From a bacterium UBA2219 (lineage in GTDB: Bacteria; Desulfobacterota; Deferrimicrobia; Deferrimicrobiales; Deferrimicrobiaceae): DNA of 59,209 nucleotides. Positions 56,620 through 59,209 of this stretch are shown here, piece after piece; positions within the stretch are counted from its first letter, which is position 1, and the number at the start of each line of letters is the position of its first letter. The stretch is taken from contig DCUH01000073.1 of assembly GCA_002327765.1 (NCBI GenBank), positions 31,379 to 90,587 of the forward strand, written 5' to 3'. A model generated the notes under the pieces. The model saw nothing but the letters and a program-made list of their open reading frames with translations. It was not told the origin of the DNA and made no database searches. Position numbers and translations under genes: made by a program.

Positions 56620-58559
56620 CGCGAAGCCGTGCAGCGGCTCTGTCCGCCCTCCTCCTCTTTCTATCAGCGGCCCTCGTCGCGGCCGCCGACCTCCCCCTGC
56701 CGCTGACCGCGGGCACCGAGGCCGTCCCGGTCCCGCGCCCGGGGGTGTGGGACCCCGCGCGCACGGTGCCGATCGCCACGTTCCACCAGGCGGAAACCGA
56801 CTTCCTCGCCGGCAGGAAGGAGGAGGCGCTCCGGGGGTTCCTCGGCATCGCGAATTCCGGGCCCGACGACGAGCGGAAGGGATACGTCTGGATGCGCGTC
56901 GGGGACCTCCTCCTGGAGCGCGGCGAGTTCGAGAAGGCGCTGGAGGCGGCGGACAAGGCGGTGCTCTTTTCACGCGCCCGGTACCTCGTCCTCTCGGCGA
57001 TGGAACTGAAGCTGCGCATCTACCAGAAGATGGACTGGGAAAACGAGGCGAGGCAGGTTGCGGGCTACCTGATCGACCAGAAGTACGTCAACGCGAACGT
57101 TCCCGCGCTCTTCGCCCTGATGGCACGGGCGGATGCCCGGGCCGGAAAGATCGCGAGCTCCCTCGCATATTACCGCAGGGCCGTCGCGGCCGCCACGGAC
57201 CCGGAGGAGGCGATCAGCTACTCGACCCAGCGGGAGTTCGTCATCGAAAGGGCGGCCGATCTTTCCCCGCTGCTCGCGGCGGCCCGGGTCGAGGAGGACG
57301 AGGACGTCCGCGCCCACCTGTTCTTCGCGCTGGGAAAGTCCGCGGCGAGGAAGGGGTTCCACGGGATGGCGAAGTTCTTGTTCGAACGCGCCGCGGGAAC
57401 GCCCGGGAAGTGGGCCAAGGAGGCGGCGGAGCACCTGTACCGCGTCGAGAAGATCGTCTCCAGCCGGCCGAAGATCGTCGGGCTCGTTCCCTTGTCGGGG
57501 AAGCTTTCGGACATCGGCTTCTCCGTCCTCGCGGGAGCGGAGGTCGCATTGAGCCCCGGCCGGTGGACCGACGGGCAGGGCGGCGGGTCGCCGGTGGTCC
57601 GCTGGGTGGACACCGCGGGGGATCCCGACCGGGCCCGGGCGGAGTTCTCCGCGGCGTCTTCCGACCGGACGGTGATCGGATTCCTCGGCCCGGTCACGGG
57701 AGAGGAGGGGCGCGCCGTCTCCGCGGCGTTCGGGCCCAAGTCCCCGCCCGTCCTCTACCTGGGGCAGAAATCGATCGCCGGCCGGCCGTTCCTGTACGGG
57801 TTCGGCCTCTCGCCCGTCGAGGAGGCCCGCGCCGTCCTCGCGCTGCTGGCCCGGGAGAAGGCGGTCGACCTGCTGCTGCTGCACCCGGAGAACGGGTACG
57901 GGAAAGGGTTTGCGGAGGCCGTGGAGAAGGTCTCGGCGGAAACCGGCGTCCGGATCGCCCGGACCGTGTCGTACGCCCCCGAGATCCGCGATTTCACGGA
58001 CGTGATCCGGAACGCGGTCGGCACCGCGAAGTTCCGGCGGCAGTCCCGCACGAAGGAGAAGGGGAAGGGGATGAAGCTTCCGCTCGACGGGATCGTCATC
58101 GCCGACCGGTGGGACCGGGTGTTCCTCCTCGCTTCCCAGCTCCACTACTACAACGTCTACCTGCCGCTCGCGGGGTTCTCGGGATGGTACAACGAGGAAC
58201 TGCTGCGCAAGGCGGGGAGCGCGGTCGCCGGCGCGGTGATCTCGGTCGACTATTCCGACGCCATTCCCGGGTCCCAGGGGGACCGGTTCCGGAAGGAGTT
58301 CCAGGAAGCGATGCATTCCGCCCCCACCCGGTTCGAGGCAATGGGGTACGACGGCGCGCAGCTCCTGGCCGAGGTTTTTTCCGTGGATGCGGGCGCGGGG
58401 AAGCCTCCCGGGGAGGCGATGCGGGAGCGGATCCCCCGCCTGAAGAATTTCACGGGAGTCACGGGGACGTTCTCGTTCGACCCCGCAGGGGACATGCGCC
58501 GAAAGGTCTCCCTCCTGCGCGTCGACCTGGGGAATTTCGTCCCGGTCCCGGCCCGGTAA
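56616..58559 (+). CDS. secreted TPR-like plus type-I periplasmic-binding-fold (LivK/LpoA-like) protein
   Basis: TTG 56616 overlaps the dnaJ TGA (TTGA). Signal peptide [16 protein letters not shown], a helical-repeat N-terminal half, and a C-terminal half with PBP-type-1 pattern ([23 protein letters not shown]..., GFSGWYN..., [15 protein letters not shown]). Confidence 0.7.
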   Translation: MTRSRAAALSALLLFLSAALVAAADLPLPLTAGTEAVPVPRPGVWDPARTVPIATFHQAETDFLAGRKEEALRGFLGIANSGPDDERKGYVWMRVGDLLLERGEFEKALEAADKAVLFSRARYLVLSAMELKLRIYQKMDWENEARQVAGYLIDQKYVNANVPALFALMARADARAGKIASSLAYYRRAVAAATDPEEAISYSTQREFVIERAADLSPLLAAARVEEDEDVRAHLFFALGKSAARKGFHGMAKFLFERAAGTPGKWAKEAAEHLYRVEKIVSSRPKIVGLVPLSGKLSDIGFSVLAGAEVALSPGRWTDGQGGGSPVVRWVDTAGDPDRARAEFSAASSDRTVIGFLGPVTGEEGRAVSAAFGPKSPPVLYLGQKSIAGRPFLYGFGLSPVEEARAVLALLAREKAVDLLLLHPENGYGKGFAEAVEKVSAETGVRIARTVSYAPEIRDFTDVIRNAVGTAKFRRQSRTKEKGKGMKLPLDGIVIADRWDRVFLLASQLHYYNVYLPLAGFSGWYNEELLRKAGSAVAGAVISVDYSDAIPGSQGDRFRKEFQEAMHSAPTRFEAMGYDGAQLLAEVFSVDAGAGKPPGEAMRERIPRLKNFTGVTGTFSFDPAGDMRRKVSLLRVDLGNFVPVPAR

Positions 58560-58578
58560 GGGGGAGGCTTTGGGGCGC

Positions 58579-59209
58579 GTGCCGGGAGACCTCGCCCGCA
58601 GAGTGGGGATGGCGATTTCCCCCGGGGGCCCGCTCGCGGATGCGATGAAGGGGTTCGAGCCGCGCCCCGGCCAGCTCCGCATGGCGATGGCGTGGGCGGA
58701 CGCCCTCGAGAACTCCCGCATCCTTGTCGCGGAGGCGGCCACCGGCATCGGCAAGACGCTGGCGTACCTGGTGCCCGCGATCCTCTCGGGCCGCAGGACG
58801 ATCGTGTCGACCGGTACCCGTACGCTCCAGCAGCAGCTCCTGGAAAGCGAGATCCCGCTCGTACGCGACGCCACGGGGCATCCCTTCTCGTGCGCGGTGC
58901 TGAAAGGGCGTGCCAACTACCTCTGCCTGCGGAGATGGAGGCGCTTCCGCGACGAGCCGCTGTTCGAGTTCGCGAAGGAGACCGCCTACTTCCAGGCGAT
59001 GCGGGCGTTCGCCGAGACCACCCGGACGGGCGACGTCGCCGAGGCGAGGGGCGTCCCGGAGGACGCCCGCGTCTGGGGCGAGGTCAACGCGCGCAGCGAG
59101 ATGTGCGACCCGTCGGCCTGCGGGGAAACCGACCGCTGTTTCCTGGCGGAGGCGCGGAGACGGGCGGCGTCGGCGGATATCATCGTGGTCAACCATCACC
59201 TGTTCTTCG
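58579..59209 (+). CDS. dinG: DinG/XPD-family ATP-dependent DNA helicase, 5' part (runs off the window)
   Basis: Not in the ORF track because it has no stop in the window; my translation is from GTG 58579 (alternative ATG 58609). RPGQLRMAMAWADAL, Walker A VAEAATGIGKTLAYLVP, Fe-S Cys pattern GRANYLCLRR...MCDPSACGETDRC, VVNHHLFF. Confidence 0.75.
   Translation, partial: MPGDLARRVGMAISPGGPLADAMKGFEPRPGQLRMAMAWADALENSRILVAEAATGIGKTLAYLVPAILSGRRTIVSTGTRTLQQQLLESEIPLVRDATGHPFSCAVLKGRANYLCLRRWRRFRDEPLFEFAKETAYFQAMRAFAETTRTGDVAEARGVPEDARVWGEVNARSEMCDPSACGETDRCFLAEARRRAASADIIVVNHHLFF

Overview
High-GC (roughly two-thirds G+C by eye) bacterial chromosomal window. I call 56 protein-coding genes and found no rRNA, tRNA, CRISPR array, transposase or integrase. 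All family assignments come from reading the translated ORFs and recognising motifs; no database search was possible.

Layout:
(1) 1-31 kb is a dense ion-homeostasis and compatible-solute island. It holds an RCK_C protein plus an unknown partner, a GYD protein, two TTG-initiated cation:proton antiporters (one fused to tandem USP domains) and an MscS channel. Next comes an unbroken 13-gene minus-strand string: mrpABCDEFG, P-type ATPase, CBS-containing site-2 protease, malQ, treZ, GH57, treY. Every junction in that string is a start/stop overlap or a gap of 9 nt or less. Divergent from it are a ClC channel, then a trehalose-phosphatase-like HAD, an unknown 218-aa protein and a TreT-type trehalose synthase, followed by DUF2284 and tpx.
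(2) 31-40 kb: hcp, preceded by a cysteine-less, truncated Hcp domain-1 paralogue with a duplicated RBS and terminator; then ogt, infA, an orphan HicB, dapL, NUDIX, hemolysin-III and LysR.
(3) 40.8-48.3 kb: a LysR-divergent cluster of CBS protein, oxalate-CoA-ligase-like enzyme, PanE-family reductase, glyoxylate-carboligase-like ThDP enzyme, Fe-ADH and a LarA (Ni-pincer racemase) homologue.
(4) 48-59 kb: acyl-ACP thioesterase, PflX-like radical SAM, quinone oxidoreductase, YtxH, a 4xS1 protein and an esterase-like protein. Then a perfect CIRCE operator with hrcA-grpE-dnaJ (no dnaK), coupled to a TPR plus periplasmic-binding-fold protein, and the 5' part of a DinG-family helicase.

Best candidates for something undescribed:
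- the mrp/ATPase/S2P/trehalose super-operon;
- the oxalate-to-C3 cluster that ends in an Fe-ADH and a LarA homologue instead of hyi/glxR;
- the Hcp domain-1-only paralogue;
- the unknown protein wedged between the HAD phosphatase and TreT.
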